Made by a program: the position numbers and the translations under genes. Below the pieces are notes generated by a model. It had not been told where the DNA came from. It did no database searches and was given only the letters and a program-made list of their open reading frames with translations. Below, one piece after another: positions 26,901-41,614 of a stretch of DNA of 64,000 nucleotides. The stretch is from Eledone cirrhosa. Lineage: Eukaryota. The stretch's first letter is position 1; the number at the start of each line of letters is the position of its first letter. The stretch is from contig OZ024749.1 in the NCBI GenBank assembly GCA_964016885.1, positions 20,584,001-20,648,000 of the forward strand. The letters run 5' to 3'.

Positions 26901-29900
26901 GGCACAGTACAGTGGACTATACCATACTGTGGTACCTATTTACAGCTAGCTGGACTGTGACAGTTGACAGTACAGTGGACTATACCATACTGTGGTACCT
27001 ACTTACAGCTAGGTGGACTGTGACTGTTGGCACAGTACAGTGGACTATACCATACTGTGGTACCTACTTACAGCTAGGTGAACTGTGACTGTTGGCACAG
27101 TACAGTGGACTATACCATACTGTGGTACCTACTTACAACTAGGTGGACTGTGACTGTTGGCACAGTACAGTGGACTCTACCATACTGTGGTACCTACTTA
27201 CAGCTAGGTGGACTGTGACTGTTGGCACAGTACAGTGGAAAATATCATACAGTGGGACCTACTTACAGCTAGGTGGACTTTTACAGTTGACAGTACAGTG
27301 GACTATACCACACTGTGGTACCTACTTACAGCTAGGTGGAATGCGACTGTTGGCACAGTACAGTGGACTATACCATACTTTGGTACCTACTTACAGCTAA
27401 GTGGACTGTGACTGTTGGCACAGTACAGTGGACTATACCAAACTGTGGTACCTACTTACAGCTAGCTGGACTGTGACTGTTGACAGTACAGTGGACTATA
27501 CCATACTGTGGTACCTACTTACAGCTAGGTGGACTGTGACTGTTGGCACAGTACAGTGGACTATACCATACTGTGGTACCTACTTACAGCTAGGTGAACT
27601 GTGACTGTTGGCACAGTACAGTGGACTATACCATACTGTGGTACCTACTTACAGCTAGGTGGACTGTGACTGTTGGCACATTACAGTGGACTATACCATA
27701 CTGTGGTACCTACTTACAGCTAGGTGGACTGTGACTGTTGGCACAGTACAGTGGAATATATCATACAGTGGTACCTACTTACAGCTAGGTGGACTGTGAC
27801 TGTTGACACTACAGTGGACTATACCACACTGTGGTACCTACTTACAGCTAGGTGGACTGCGACTGTTGGCACAGTACAGTGGACTATACCATACTTTGGT
27901 ACCTACTTACAGCTAGGTGGACTGCGACTGTTGGCACAGTACAGTGGACTATACCATACTGTGGTACCTACTTCCAGCTAGGTGGTGGACTGCGACTGTT
28001 GGCACAATACAGTGGACTATACCAGACTGTGGAACCTACTTACAGCTAGGTGGACTGTGACTGTTGACACCATACAGTGGACTATACCATACTGTGGTAC
28101 CTACTTACAGCTAGGTGGACTGTGAGTGTTGAGAGTACAGTGGACTATACCATACTGTGGTACCTACTTACAGCTAGGTGGAGTGTGACAGTTGACATAG
28201 TACAGTGGACTATACCATACTGTGCTACCTACTTACAGCTAGGTGGACTGTGACTGTTGACATATTACAGTGGACTATACCATACTGTGGTACCTACTTA
28301 CAGCTAGGTGAACTGTGACTGTTGACAGTACAGTGGACTATACCATACTGTGGTACCTACTTACAGCTAGGTGGACTGTGACTGTTGACATAGTACAGTG
28401 GACTATACCATACTGCTGTACCTACTTATAGCTAGGTGGACTGTGACTGTTGACATAGTACAGTGGACTATACCAACTGTGGTACCTACTTACAGCTAGG
28501 TAGACTGAGCTGTTGACATAGTACAGTGGACTATACCATACTGTGGTACCTACTTACAGCTAGGTGGACTGTGACTGTTGACAGTACAGTGGACTATACC
28601 ATACTGTGGTACCTACTTACAGCTAGGTGGACTGTGACTATTGACATAGTACAGTGGACTATACCAACTGTGGTACCTACTTACAGCTAGCTGGACTGAG
28701 CTGTTGGCATAGTACAGTGGACTATACCATACTGTGGTACCTACTTAGAGCTAGCTGGACTGTGACTGTTGACAGTACAATGGACTATACCATACTCTGG
28801 TACCTACTTACAGCTAGGTGGACTGTGACTGTTGACATAGTACAGTGGAATATACCAACTGTGGTACCTACTTACAGCTAGGTGGACTGAGCTGTTGACA
28901 TAGTACAGTGGACTATACCATACTGTGGTACCTACTTACAGCTAGGTGGACTGTGACTGTTGACAGTACAGTGGACTATACCATACTGTGGTACCTACTT
29001 ACAGCTAGGTGGACTGTGACTGTTGACATAGTACAGTGGACTATACCATACTGTGGTACCTACTTACAGCTAGGTGGACTATACCACACTGTGGTACCTA
29101 CTTAGAGCTAGGTGGACTGTGACTGTTGACATAGTACAGTGGACTATACCATACTGTGGTGCCTACTTACAGCTAGGTGGACTGTGACTGTTGGCACAGT
29201 ACAGTGGACTATACCATACTGTGTTACCTACTTACAGCTAGCTGGACTGAGCTGTTGACATAGTACAGTGGACTATACCATACTGTGGTACCTACTTACA
29301 GCTAGGTGGACTGAGCTGTTGACAGTACAGTGGACTATACCATACTGTGGTAGCTACTTACAGCTAGGTGGACTGAGCTGTTGACATAGTACAGTGGACT
29401 ATACCAGACTGTGGTACCTACTTACAGCTAGGTGGACTGTGACTGTTGGCACAGTACAGTGGACTGTACCAGACTGTGGTACCTACTTACAGCTAGGTGG
29501 ACTGAGCTGTTGACATAGTACAGTGGACTATACCAGACTGTGGTCCCTACTTACAGCTAGGTGGACTGTGACTGTTGACAGTACAGTGGACTATACCATA
29601 CTGTGTTACCTACTTACAGCTAGCAGGACTGTGACTGTTGACATAGTACAGTGGACTATACCAACTGTGGTACCTACTTACAGCTAGGTAGATTGAGCTG
29701 TTGACATAGTACAGTGGACTATACCATACTGTGGTACCTACTTACAGCTAGGTGGACTGTGACTGTTGACAGTACAGTGGACTATACCATACTGTGGTAC
29801 CTACTTACAGCTAGGTGGACTGTGACTGTTGACATAGTACAGTGGACTATACCAACTGTGGTACCTACTTACAGCTAGCTGGACTGAGCTGTTGACATAG

Positions 29901-32900
29901 TACAGTGGACTATACCATACTGTGGTACCTACTTAGAGCTAGCTGGACTGTGACTTTTGACAGCACAATGGACTATACCATACTCTGGTACCTACTTACA
30001 GCTAGGTGGACTGTGACTGTTGACATAGTACAGTGGACTATACCAACTGTGGTACCTACTTACAGCTAGGTGGACTGAGCTGTTGACATAGTACAGTGGA
30101 CTATACCATACTGTGGTACCTACTTACAGCTAGGTGGACTGTGACTGTTGACAGTACAGTGGACTATACCATACTGTGGTACCTACTTACAGCTAGGTGG
30201 ACTGTGACTGTTGACATAGTACAGTGGACTATACCATACTGTGGTACCTACGTACAGCTAGGTGGACTATACCACACTGTGGTACCTACTTAGAGCTAGG
30301 TGGACTGTGACTGTTGACATAGTACAGTGGACTATACCATACTGTGGTGCCTACTTACAGCTAGGTGGACTGAGCTGTTGACATAGTACAGTGGACTATA
30401 CCATACTGTGGTACCTACTTACAGCTAGGTGGACTGTGACTGTTGACAGTACAGTGGACTATACCAGACTGTGGTCCCTACTTACAGCTAGGTGGACTGA
30501 GCTGTTGACAGTACAGTGGACTATACCATACTGTGGTAGCTACTTACAGCTAGGTGGACTGAGCTGTTGACATAGTACAGTGGACTATACCAGACTGTGG
30601 TACCTACTTACAGCTAGGTGGACTGTGACTGTTGGCACAGTACAGTGGACTGTACCAGACTGTGGTAACTACTTACAGCTAGGTGGACTGAGCTGTTGAC
30701 ATAGTACAGTGGACTATACCAGACTGTGGTCCCTACTTACAGCTAGGTGGACTGTGACTGTTGACAGTACAGTGGACTATACCATACTGTGGTACCTACT
30801 TACAGCTAGGTGGACTGTGACTGTTGACAGTACAGTGGACTATACCATACTCTGGTACCTACTTACAGCTTGGTGGACTATACCACACTGTGGTACCTAC
30901 GTACAGCTAGGTGGACTGTGACGGTTGACAGTACAGTGGACTATACCATACTGTGGTACCTACTTACAGCTAAGTGGACTGTGACTGTTGGCACAGTACA
31001 GTGGACTATACCATACTGTGGTACCTACTTACAGCTAGCTGGACTGTGACAGTTGACAGTACAGTGGACTATACCATACTGTGGTACCTACTTACAGCTA
31101 GGTGGACTGTGACTGTTGGCACAGTACAGTGGACTATACCATACTGTGGTACCTACTTACAGCTAGGTGAACTGTGACTGTTGGCACAGTACAGTGGACT
31201 ATACCATACTGTGGTACCTACTTACAGCTAGGTGGACTGTGACTGTTGGCACAGTACAGTGGACTCTACCATACTGTGGTACCTACTTACAGCTAGGTGG
31301 ACTGTGACTGTTGGCACAGTACAGTGGAATATATCATACAGTGGTACCTACTTACAGCTAGGTGGATTTTACAGTTGACAGTACAGTGGACTATACCACA
31401 CTGTGGTACCTACTTACAGCTAGGTGGAATGCGACTGTTGACACAGTACAGTGGACTATACCATACTTTGGTACCTACTTACAGCTAAGTGGACTGTGAC
31501 TGTTGGCACAGTACAGTGGACTATACCAAACTGTGGTACCTACTTACAGCTAGCTGGACTGTGACTGTTGACAGTACAGTGGACTATACCATACTGTGGT
31601 ACCTACTTACAGCTAGGTGGACTGTGACTGTTGGCACAGTACAGTGGACTATACCATACTGTGGTACCTACTTACAGCTAGGTGAACTGTGACTGTTGGC
31701 ACAGTACAGTGGACTATACCATACTGCGGTACCTACTTACAGCTAGGTGGACTGTGACTGTTGGCACATTACAGTGGACTATACCATACTGTGGTACCTA
31801 CTTACAGCTAGGTGGACTGTGACTGTTGGCACAGTACAGTCGAATATATCATACAGTGGTACCTACTTACAGCTAGGTGGACTGTGACTGTTGACACTAC
31901 AGTGGACTATACCACACTGTGGTACCTACTTACAGCTAGGTGGACTGCGACTGTTGGCACAGTACAGTGGACTATACCATACTGTGGTACCTACTTCCAG
32001 CTAGGTGGATTGCGACTGTTGGCACAATACAGTGGACTATACCAGACTGTGGAACCTACTTACAGCTAGGTGGACTGTGACTGTTGACACCATACAGTGG
32101 ACTATACCATACTGTGGTACCTACTTACAGCTAGGTGGACTGTGAGTGTTGAGAGTACAGTGGACTATACCATACTGTGGTACCTACTTACAGCTAGGTG
32201 GAGTGTGACAGTTGACATAGTACAGTGGACTATACCATACTGTGCTACCTACTTACAGCTAGGTGGACTGTGACTGTTGACATAGTACAGTGGACTATAC
32301 CATACTGTGGTACCTACTTACAGCTAGGTGAACTGTGACTGTTGACAGTACAGTGGACTATACCATACTGTGGTACCTACTTACAGCTAGGTGGACTGTG
32401 ACTGTTGACATAGTACAGTGGACTATACCATACTGCTGTACCTACTTATAGCTAGGTGGACTGTGACTGTTGACATAGTACAGTGGACTATACCAACTCT
32501 GGTACCTACTTACAGCTAGGTAGACTGAGCTGTTGACATAGTACAGTGGACTATACCATACTGTGGTACCTACTTACAGCTAGGTGGACTGTGACTGTTG
32601 ACAGTACAGTGGACTATACCATACTGTGGTACCTACTTACAGCTAGGTGGACTGTGACTGTTGACATAGTACAGTGGACTATACCAACTGTGGTACCTAC
32701 TTACAGCTAGGTGGACTGAGCTGTTGACATAGTACAGTGGACTATACCATACTGTGGTACCTACTTACAGCTAGGTGGACTGTGACTGTTGACAGTACAG
32801 TGGACTATACCATACTGTGGTACCTACTTACAGCTAGGTGGACTGTGACTGTTGACATAGTACAGTGGACTATACCATACTGTGGTACCTACTTACAGCT

Positions 32901-35900
32901 AGGTGGACTATACCACACTGTGGTACCTACTTAGAGCTAGGTGGACTGTGACTGTTGACATAGTACAGTGGACTATACCATACTGTGGTGCCTACTTACA
33001 GCTAGGTGGACTGAGCTGTTGACAGTACAGTGGACTATACCATACTGTGGTAGCTACTTACAGCTAGGTGGACTGAGCTGTTGACATAGTACAGTGGACT
33101 ATACCAGACTGTGGTACCTACTTACAGCTAGGTGGACTGTGACTGTTGGCACAGTACAGTGGACTGTACCAGACTGTGGTACCTACTTACAGCTAGGTGG
33201 ACTGAGCTGTTGACATAGTACAGTGGACTATACCAGACTGTGGTCCCTACTTACAGCTAGGTGGACTGTGACTGTTGACAGTACAGTGGACTATACCATA
33301 CTGTGTTACCTACTTACAGCTAGCTGGACTGTGACTGTTGACATAGTACAGTGGACTATACCAACTGTGGTACCTACTTACAGCTAGGTAGACTGAGCTG
33401 TTGACATAGTACAGTGGACTATACCATACTGTGGTACCTACTTAGAGCTAGCTGGACTGTGACTTTTGACAGCACAATGGACTATACCATACTCTGGTAC
33501 CTACTTACAGCTAGGTGGACTGTGACTGTTGACATAGTACAGTGGACTATACCAACTGTGGTACCTACTTACAGCTAGGTGGACTGAGCTGTTGACATAG
33601 TACAGTGGACTATACCATACTGTGGTACCTACTTACAGCTAGGTGGACTGTGACTGTTGACAGTACAGTGGACTATACCATACTGTGGTACCTACTTACA
33701 GCTAGGTGGACTGTGACTGTTGACATAGTACAGTGGACTATACCATACTGTGGTACCTACTTCCAGCTAGGTGGACTATACCACACTGTGGTACCTACTT
33801 AGAGCTAGGTGGACTGTGACTGTTGACATAGTACAGTGGACTATACCATACTGTGGTGCCTACTTACAGCTAGGTGGACTGAGCTGTTGACATAGTACAG
33901 TGGACTATACCATACTGTGGTACCTACTTACAGCTAGGTGGACTGTGACTGTTGACAGTACAGTGGACTATACCAGACTGTGGTCCCTACTTACAGCTAG
34001 GTGGACTGAGCTGTTGACAGTACAGTGGACTATACCATACTGTGGTAGCTACTTACAGCTAGGTGGACTGAGCTGTTGACATAGTACAGTGGACTATACC
34101 AGACTGTGGTACCTACTTACAGCTAGGTGGACTGTGACTGTTGGAACAGTACAGTGGACTGTACCAGACTGTGGTAACTACTTACAGCTAGGTGGACTGA
34201 GCTGTTGACATAGTACAGTGGACTATACCAGACTGTGGTCCCTACTTACAGCTAGGTGGACTGTGACTGTTGACAGTACAGTGGATTATACCATACTGTG
34301 GTACCTACTTACAGCTAGGTGGACTGTGACTGTTGACAGTACAGTGGACTATACCATACTCTGGTACCTACTTACAGCTTGGTGGACTATACCACACTGT
34401 GGTACCTACGTACAGCTAGGTGGACTGTGACGGTTGACAGTACAGTGGACTATACCATACTGTGGTACCTACTTACAGCTAAGTGGACTGTGACTGTTGG
34501 CACAGTACAGTGGAGTATACCATACTGTGGTACCTACTTACAGCTAGCTGGACTGTGACAGTTGACAGTACAGTGGACTATACCATACTGTGGTACCTAC
34601 TTACAGCTAGGTGGACTGTGACTGTTGGCACAGTACAGTGGACTATACCATACTGTGGTACCTACTTACAGCTAGGTGAACTGTGACTGTTGGCACAGTA
34701 CAGTGGACTATACCATACTGTGGTACCTACTTACAGCTAGGTGGACTGTGACTGTTGGCACGGTACAGTGGACTCTACCATACTGTGGTACCTACTTACA
34801 GCTAGGTGGACTGTGACTGTTGGCACAGTACAGTGGAATATATCATACAGTGGGACCTACTTACAGCTAGGTGGACTTTTACAGTTGACAGTACAGTGGA
34901 CTATACCACACTGTGGTACCTACTTACAGCTAGGTGGAATGCGACTGTTGGCACACTACAGTGGACTATACCATTCTTTGGTACCTACTTACAGCTAAGT
35001 GGACTGTGACTGTTGGCACAGTACAGTGGACTATACCAAACTGTGGTACCTACTTACAGCTAGCTGGACTGTGACTGTTGACAGTACAGTGGACTATACC
35101 ATACTGTGGTACCTACTTACAGCTAGGTGGACTGTGACTGTTGGCACAGTACAGTGGACTATACCATACTGTGGTACCTACTTACAGCTAGGTGAACTGT
35201 GACTGTTGGCACAGTACAGTGGACTATACCATACTGTGGTACCTACTTACAGCTAGGTGGACTGTGACTGTTGGCACATTACAGTGGACTATACCATACT
35301 GTGGTACCTACTTACAGCTAGGTGGACTGTGACTGTTGGCACAGTACAGTGGAATATATCATACAGTGGTACCTACTTACAGCTAGGTGGACTGTGACTG
35401 TTGACACTACAGTGGACTATACCAGACTGTGGTACCTACTTACAGCTAGGTGGACTGCGACTGTTGGCACAGTACAGTGGACTATACCATACTTTGGTAC
35501 CTACTTACAGCTAGGTGGACTGCGACTGTTGGCACAGTACAGTGGACTATACCATACTGTGGTACCTACTTCCAGCTAGGTGGACTGCGACTGTTGGGAC
35601 AATACAGTGGACTATACCAGACTGTGGAACCTACTTACAGCTAGGTGGACTGTGACTGTTGACACCATACAGTGGACTATACCATACTGTGGTACCTACT
35701 TACAGCTAGGTGGACTGTGAGTGTTGAGAGTACAGTGGACTATACCATACTGTGGTACCTACTTACAGCTAGGTGGAGTGTGACAGTTGACATAGTACAG
35801 TGGACTATACCATACTGTGCTACCTACTTACAGCTAGGTGGACTGTGACTGTTGACATAGTACAGTGGACTATACCATACTGTGGTACCTACTTACAGCT

Positions 35901-38900
35901 AGGTGAACTGTGACTGTTGACAGTACAGTGGACTATACCATACTGTGGTACCTACTTACAGCTAGGTGGACTGTGACTGTTGACATAGTACAGTGGACTA
36001 TACCATACTGCTGTACCTACTTATAGCTAGGTGGACTGTGACTGTTGACATAGTACAGTGGACTATACCAACTGTGGTACCTACTTACAGCTAGGTAGAC
36101 TGAGCTGTTGACATAGTACAGTGGACTATACCATACTGTGGTACCTACTTACAGCTAGGTGGACTGTGACTGTTGACAGTACAGTGGACTATACCATACT
36201 GTGGTACCTACTTACAGCTAGGTGGACTGTGACTGTTGACATAGTACAGTGGACTATACCAACTGTGGTACCTACTTACAGCTAGCTGGACTGAGCTGTT
36301 GGCATAGTACAGTGGACTATACCATACTGTGGTACCTACTTAGAGCTAGCTGGACTGTGACTGTTGACAGTACAATGGACTATACCATACTCTGGTACCT
36401 ACTTACAGCTAGGTGGACTGTGACTGTTGACATAGTACAGTGGACTATACCAACTGTGGTACCTACTTACAGCTAGGTGGACTGAGCTGTTGACATAGTA
36501 CAGTGGACTATACCATACTGTGGTACCTACTTACAGCTAGGTGGACTGTGACTGTTGACAGTACAGTGGACTATACCATACTGTGGTACCTACTTACAGC
36601 TAGGTGGACTGTGACTGTTGACATAGTACAGTGGACTATACCATACTGTGGTACCTACTTACAGCTAGGTGGACTATACCACACTGTGGTACCTACTTAG
36701 AGCTAGGTGGACTGTGACTGTTGACATAGTACAGTGGACTATACCATACTGTGGTGCCTACTTACAGCTAGGTGGACTGTGACTGTTGGCACAGTACAGT
36801 GGACTATACCATACTGTCTAACCTACTTACAGCTAGCTGGACTGAGCTGTTGACATAGTACAGTGGACAATACCATACTGTGGTACCTACTTACAGCTAG
36901 GTGGACTGTGACTGTTGACATAGTACAGTGGACTATACCATACTGTGGTAGCTACTTACAGCTAGGTGGACTGAGCTGTTGACATAGTACAGTGGACTAT
37001 ACCAGACTGTGGTACCTACTTACAGCTAGGTGGACTGTGACTGTTGGCACAGTACAGTGGACTGTACCAGACTGTGGTACCTACTTACAGCTAGGTGGAC
37101 TGAGCTGTTGACATAGTACAGTGGACTATACCAGACTGTGGTCCCTACTTACAGCTAGGTGGACTGTGACTGTTGACAGTACAGTGGACTATACCATACT
37201 GTGTTACCTACTTACAGCTAGCTGGACTGTGACTGTTGACATAGTACAGTGGACTATACCAACTGTGGTACCTACTTACAGCTAGGTAGACTGAGCTGTT
37301 GACATAGTACAGTGGACTATACCATACTGTGGTACCTACTTACAGCTAGGTGGACTGTGACTGTTGACAGTACAGTGGACTATACCATACTGTGGTACCT
37401 ACTTACAGCTAGGTGGACTGTGACTGTTGACATAGTACAGTGGACTATACCAACTGTGGTACCTACTTACAGCTAGCTGGACTGAGCTGTTGACATAGTA
37501 CAGTGGACTATACCATACTGTGGTACCTACTTAGAGCTAGCTGGACTGTGACTTTTGACAGCACAATGGACTATACCATACTCTGGTACCTACTTACAGC
37601 TAGGTGGACTGTGACTGTTGACATAGTACAGTGGACTATACCAACTGTGGTACCTACTTACAGCTAGGTGGACTGAGCTGTTGACATAGTATAGTGGACT
37701 ATACCATACTGTGGTACCTACTTACAGCTAGGTGGACTGTGACTGTTGAGAGTACAGTGGACTATACCATACTGTGGTACCTACTTACAGCTAGGTGGAC
37801 TGTGACTGTTGACATAGTACAGTGGACTATACCATACTGTGGTACCTACTTACAGCTAGGTGGACTGTGACTGTTGACAGTACAGTGGACTATACCATAC
37901 TCTGGTACCTACTTACAGCTTGGTGGACTATACCACACTGTGGTACCTACTTAGAGCTAGGTGGACTGTGACTGTTGACATTGTACAGTGGACTATAACA
38001 TACTGTGGTGCCTACTTACAGCTAGGTGGACTGAGCTGTTGACATAGTACAGTGGACTATATCATACTGTGGTACCTACTTACAGCTAGGTGGACTGTGA
38101 CTGTTGACAGTACAGTGGACTATACCAGACTGTGGTCCCTACTTACAGCTAGGTGGACTGAGCTGTTGACAGTACAGTGGACTATACCATACTGTGGTAG
38201 CTACTTACAGCTAGGTGGACTGAGCTGTTGACATAGTACAGTGGACTATACCAGACTGTGGTACCTACTTACAGCTAGGTGGACTGTGACTGTTGGCACA
38301 GTACAGTGGACTGTACCAGACTGTGGTAACTACTTACAGCTAGGTGGACTGAGCTGTTGACATAGTACAGTGGACTATACCATACTGTGGTACCTACTTA
38401 CAGCTAGGTGAACTGTGACTGTTGACAGTACAGTGGACTATACCATACTGTGGTACCTACTTACAGCTAGGTGGACTGTGACTGTTGACATAGTACAGTG
38501 GACTATACCATACTGCTGTACCTACTTATAGCTAGGTGGACTGTGACTGTTGACATAGTACAGTGGACTATACCAACTGTGGTACCTACTTACAGCTAGG
38601 TAGACTGAGCTGTTGACATAGTACAGTGGACTATACCATACTGTTGTACCTACTTACAGCTAGGTGGACTGTGACTGTTGACAGTACAGTGGACTATACC
38701 ATACTGTGGTACCTACTTAGAGCTAGCTGGACTGTGACTGTTGACAGTACAATGGACTATACCATACTCTGGTACCTACTTACAGCTAGGTGGGCTGTGA
38801 CTGTTGACATAGTACAGTGGACTATACCAACTGTGGTACCTACTTACAGCTAGGTGGACTGAGCTGTTGACATAGTACAGTGGACTATACCATACTGTGG

Positions 38901-41614
38901 TACCTACTTACAGCTAGGTGGACTGTGACTGTTGACAGTACAGTGGACTATACCATACTGTGGTACCTACTTACAGCTAGGTGGACTGTGATTGTTGACA
39001 TAGTACAGTGGACTATACCATACTGTGGTACCTACTTACAGCTAGGTGGACTATACCACACTGTGGTACCTACTTAGAGCTAGGTGGACTGTGACTGTTG
39101 ACATAGTACAGTGGACTATACCATACTGTGGTGCCTACTTACAGCTAGGTGGACTGTGACTGTTGGCACAGTACAGTGGACTATACCATACTGTCTAACC
39201 TACTTACAGCTAGCTGGACTGAGCTGTTGACATAGTACAGTGGACTATACCATACTGTGGTACCTACTTACAGCTAGGTGGACTGTGACTGTTGACATAG
39301 TACAGTGGACTATACCATACTGTGGTAGCTACTTACAGCTAGGTGGACTGAGCTGTTGACATAGTACAGTGGACTATACCAGACTGTGGTACCTACTTAC
39401 AGCTAGGTGGACTGTGACTGTTGACAGTACAGTGGACTATACCATACTGTGTTACCTACTTACAGCTAGCTGGACTGTGACTGTTGACATAGTACAGTGG
39501 ACTATACCAACTGTGGTACCTACTTACAGCTAGGTAGACTGAGCTGTTGACATAGTACAGTGGACTATACCATACTGTGGTACCTACTTACAGCTAGGTG
39601 GACTGTGACTGTTGACAGTACAGTGGACTATACCATACTGTGGTACCTACTTACAGCTAGGTGGACTGTGACTGTTGACATAGTACAGTGGACTATACCA
39701 ACTGTGGTACCTACTTACAGCTAGGTGGACTGTGACTGTTGACAGTACAGTGGACTATACCATACTGTGTTACCTACTTACAGCTAGCTGGACTGTGACT
39801 GTTGACATAGTACAGTGGACTATACCAACTGTGGTACCTACTTACAGCTAGGTAGACTGAGCTGTTGACATAGTACAGTGGACTATACCATACTGTGGTA
39901 CCTACTTACAGCTAGGTGGACTGTGACTGTTGACAGTACAGTGGACTATACCATACTGTGGTACCTACTTACAGCTAGGTGGACTGTGACTGTTGACATA
40001 GTACAGTGGACTATACCAACTGTGGTACCTACTTACAGCTAGCTGGACTGAGCTGTTGACATAGTACAGTGGACTATACCATACTGTGGTACCTACTTAG
40101 AGCTAGCTGGACTGTGACTTTTGACAGCACAATGGACTATACCATACTCTGGTACCTACTTACAGCTAGGTGGACTGTGACTGTTGACATAGTACAGTGG
40201 ACTATACCAACTGTGGTACCTACTTACAGCTAGGTGGACTGAGCTGTTGACATAGTACAGTGGACTATACCATACTGTGGTACCTACTTACAGCTAGGTG
40301 GACTGTGACTGTTGACAGTACAGTGGACTATACCATACTGTGGTACCTACTTACAGCTAGGTGGACTGTGACTGTTGACATAGTACAGTGGACTATACCA
40401 TACTGTGGTACCTACTTACAGCTAGGTGGACTGTGACTGTTGACAGTACAGTGGACTATACCATACTCTGGTACCTACTTACAGCTTGGTGGACTATACC
40501 ACACTGTGGTACCTACTTAGAGCTAGGTGGACTGTGACTGTTGACATTGTACAGTGGACTATACCATACTGTGGTGCCTACTTACAGCTAGGTGGACTGA
40601 GCTGTTGACATAGTACAGTGGACTATACCATACTGTGGTACCTACTTACAGCTAGGTGGACTGTGACTGTTGACAGTACAGTGGACTATACCAGACTGTG
40701 GTCCCTACTTACAGCTAGGTGGACTGAGCTGTTGACAGTACAGTGGACTATACCATACTGTGGTAGCTACTTACAGCTAGGTGGACTGAGCTGTTGACAT
40801 AGTACAGTGGACTATACCAGACTGTGGTACCTACTTACAGCTAGGTGGACTGTGACTGTTGGCACAGTACAGTGGACTGTACCAGACTGTGGTAACTACT
40901 TACAGCTAGGTGGACTGAGCTGTTGACATAGTACAGTGGACTATACCAGACTGTGGTCCCTACTTACATCTAGGTGGACTGTGACTGTTGACAGTACAGT
41001 TGTCTATACCATACTGTGGTACCTACTTACAGCTAGGTGGACTGTGACTGTTGACAGTACAGTGGACTATACCATACTCTGGTACCTACTTACAGCTTGG
41101 TGGACTATACCACACTGTGGTACCTACGTACAGCTAGGTGGACTGTGACGGTTGACAGTACAGTGGACTATACCATACTGTGGTACCTACTTACAGCTAA
41201 GTGGACTGTGACTGTTGGCACAGTACAGTGGACTATACCATACTGTGGTACCTACTTACAGCTAGCTGGACTGTGACAGTTGACAGTACAGTGGACTATA
41301 CCATACTGTGGTACCTACTTACAGCTAGGTGGACTGTGACTGTTGGCACAGTACAGTGGACTATACCATACTGTGGTAACTACTTACAGCTAGGTGAACT
41401 GTGACTGTTGGCACAGTACAGTGGACTATACCATACTGTGGTACCTACTTACAGCTAGGTGGACTGTGACTGTTGGCACAGTACAGTGGACTCTACCATA
41501 CTGTGGTACCTACTTACAGCTAGGTGGACTGTGACTGTTGGCACAGTACAGTGGAATATATCATACAGTGGTACCTACTTACAGCTAGGTGGACTTTTAC
41601 AGTTGACAGTACAT

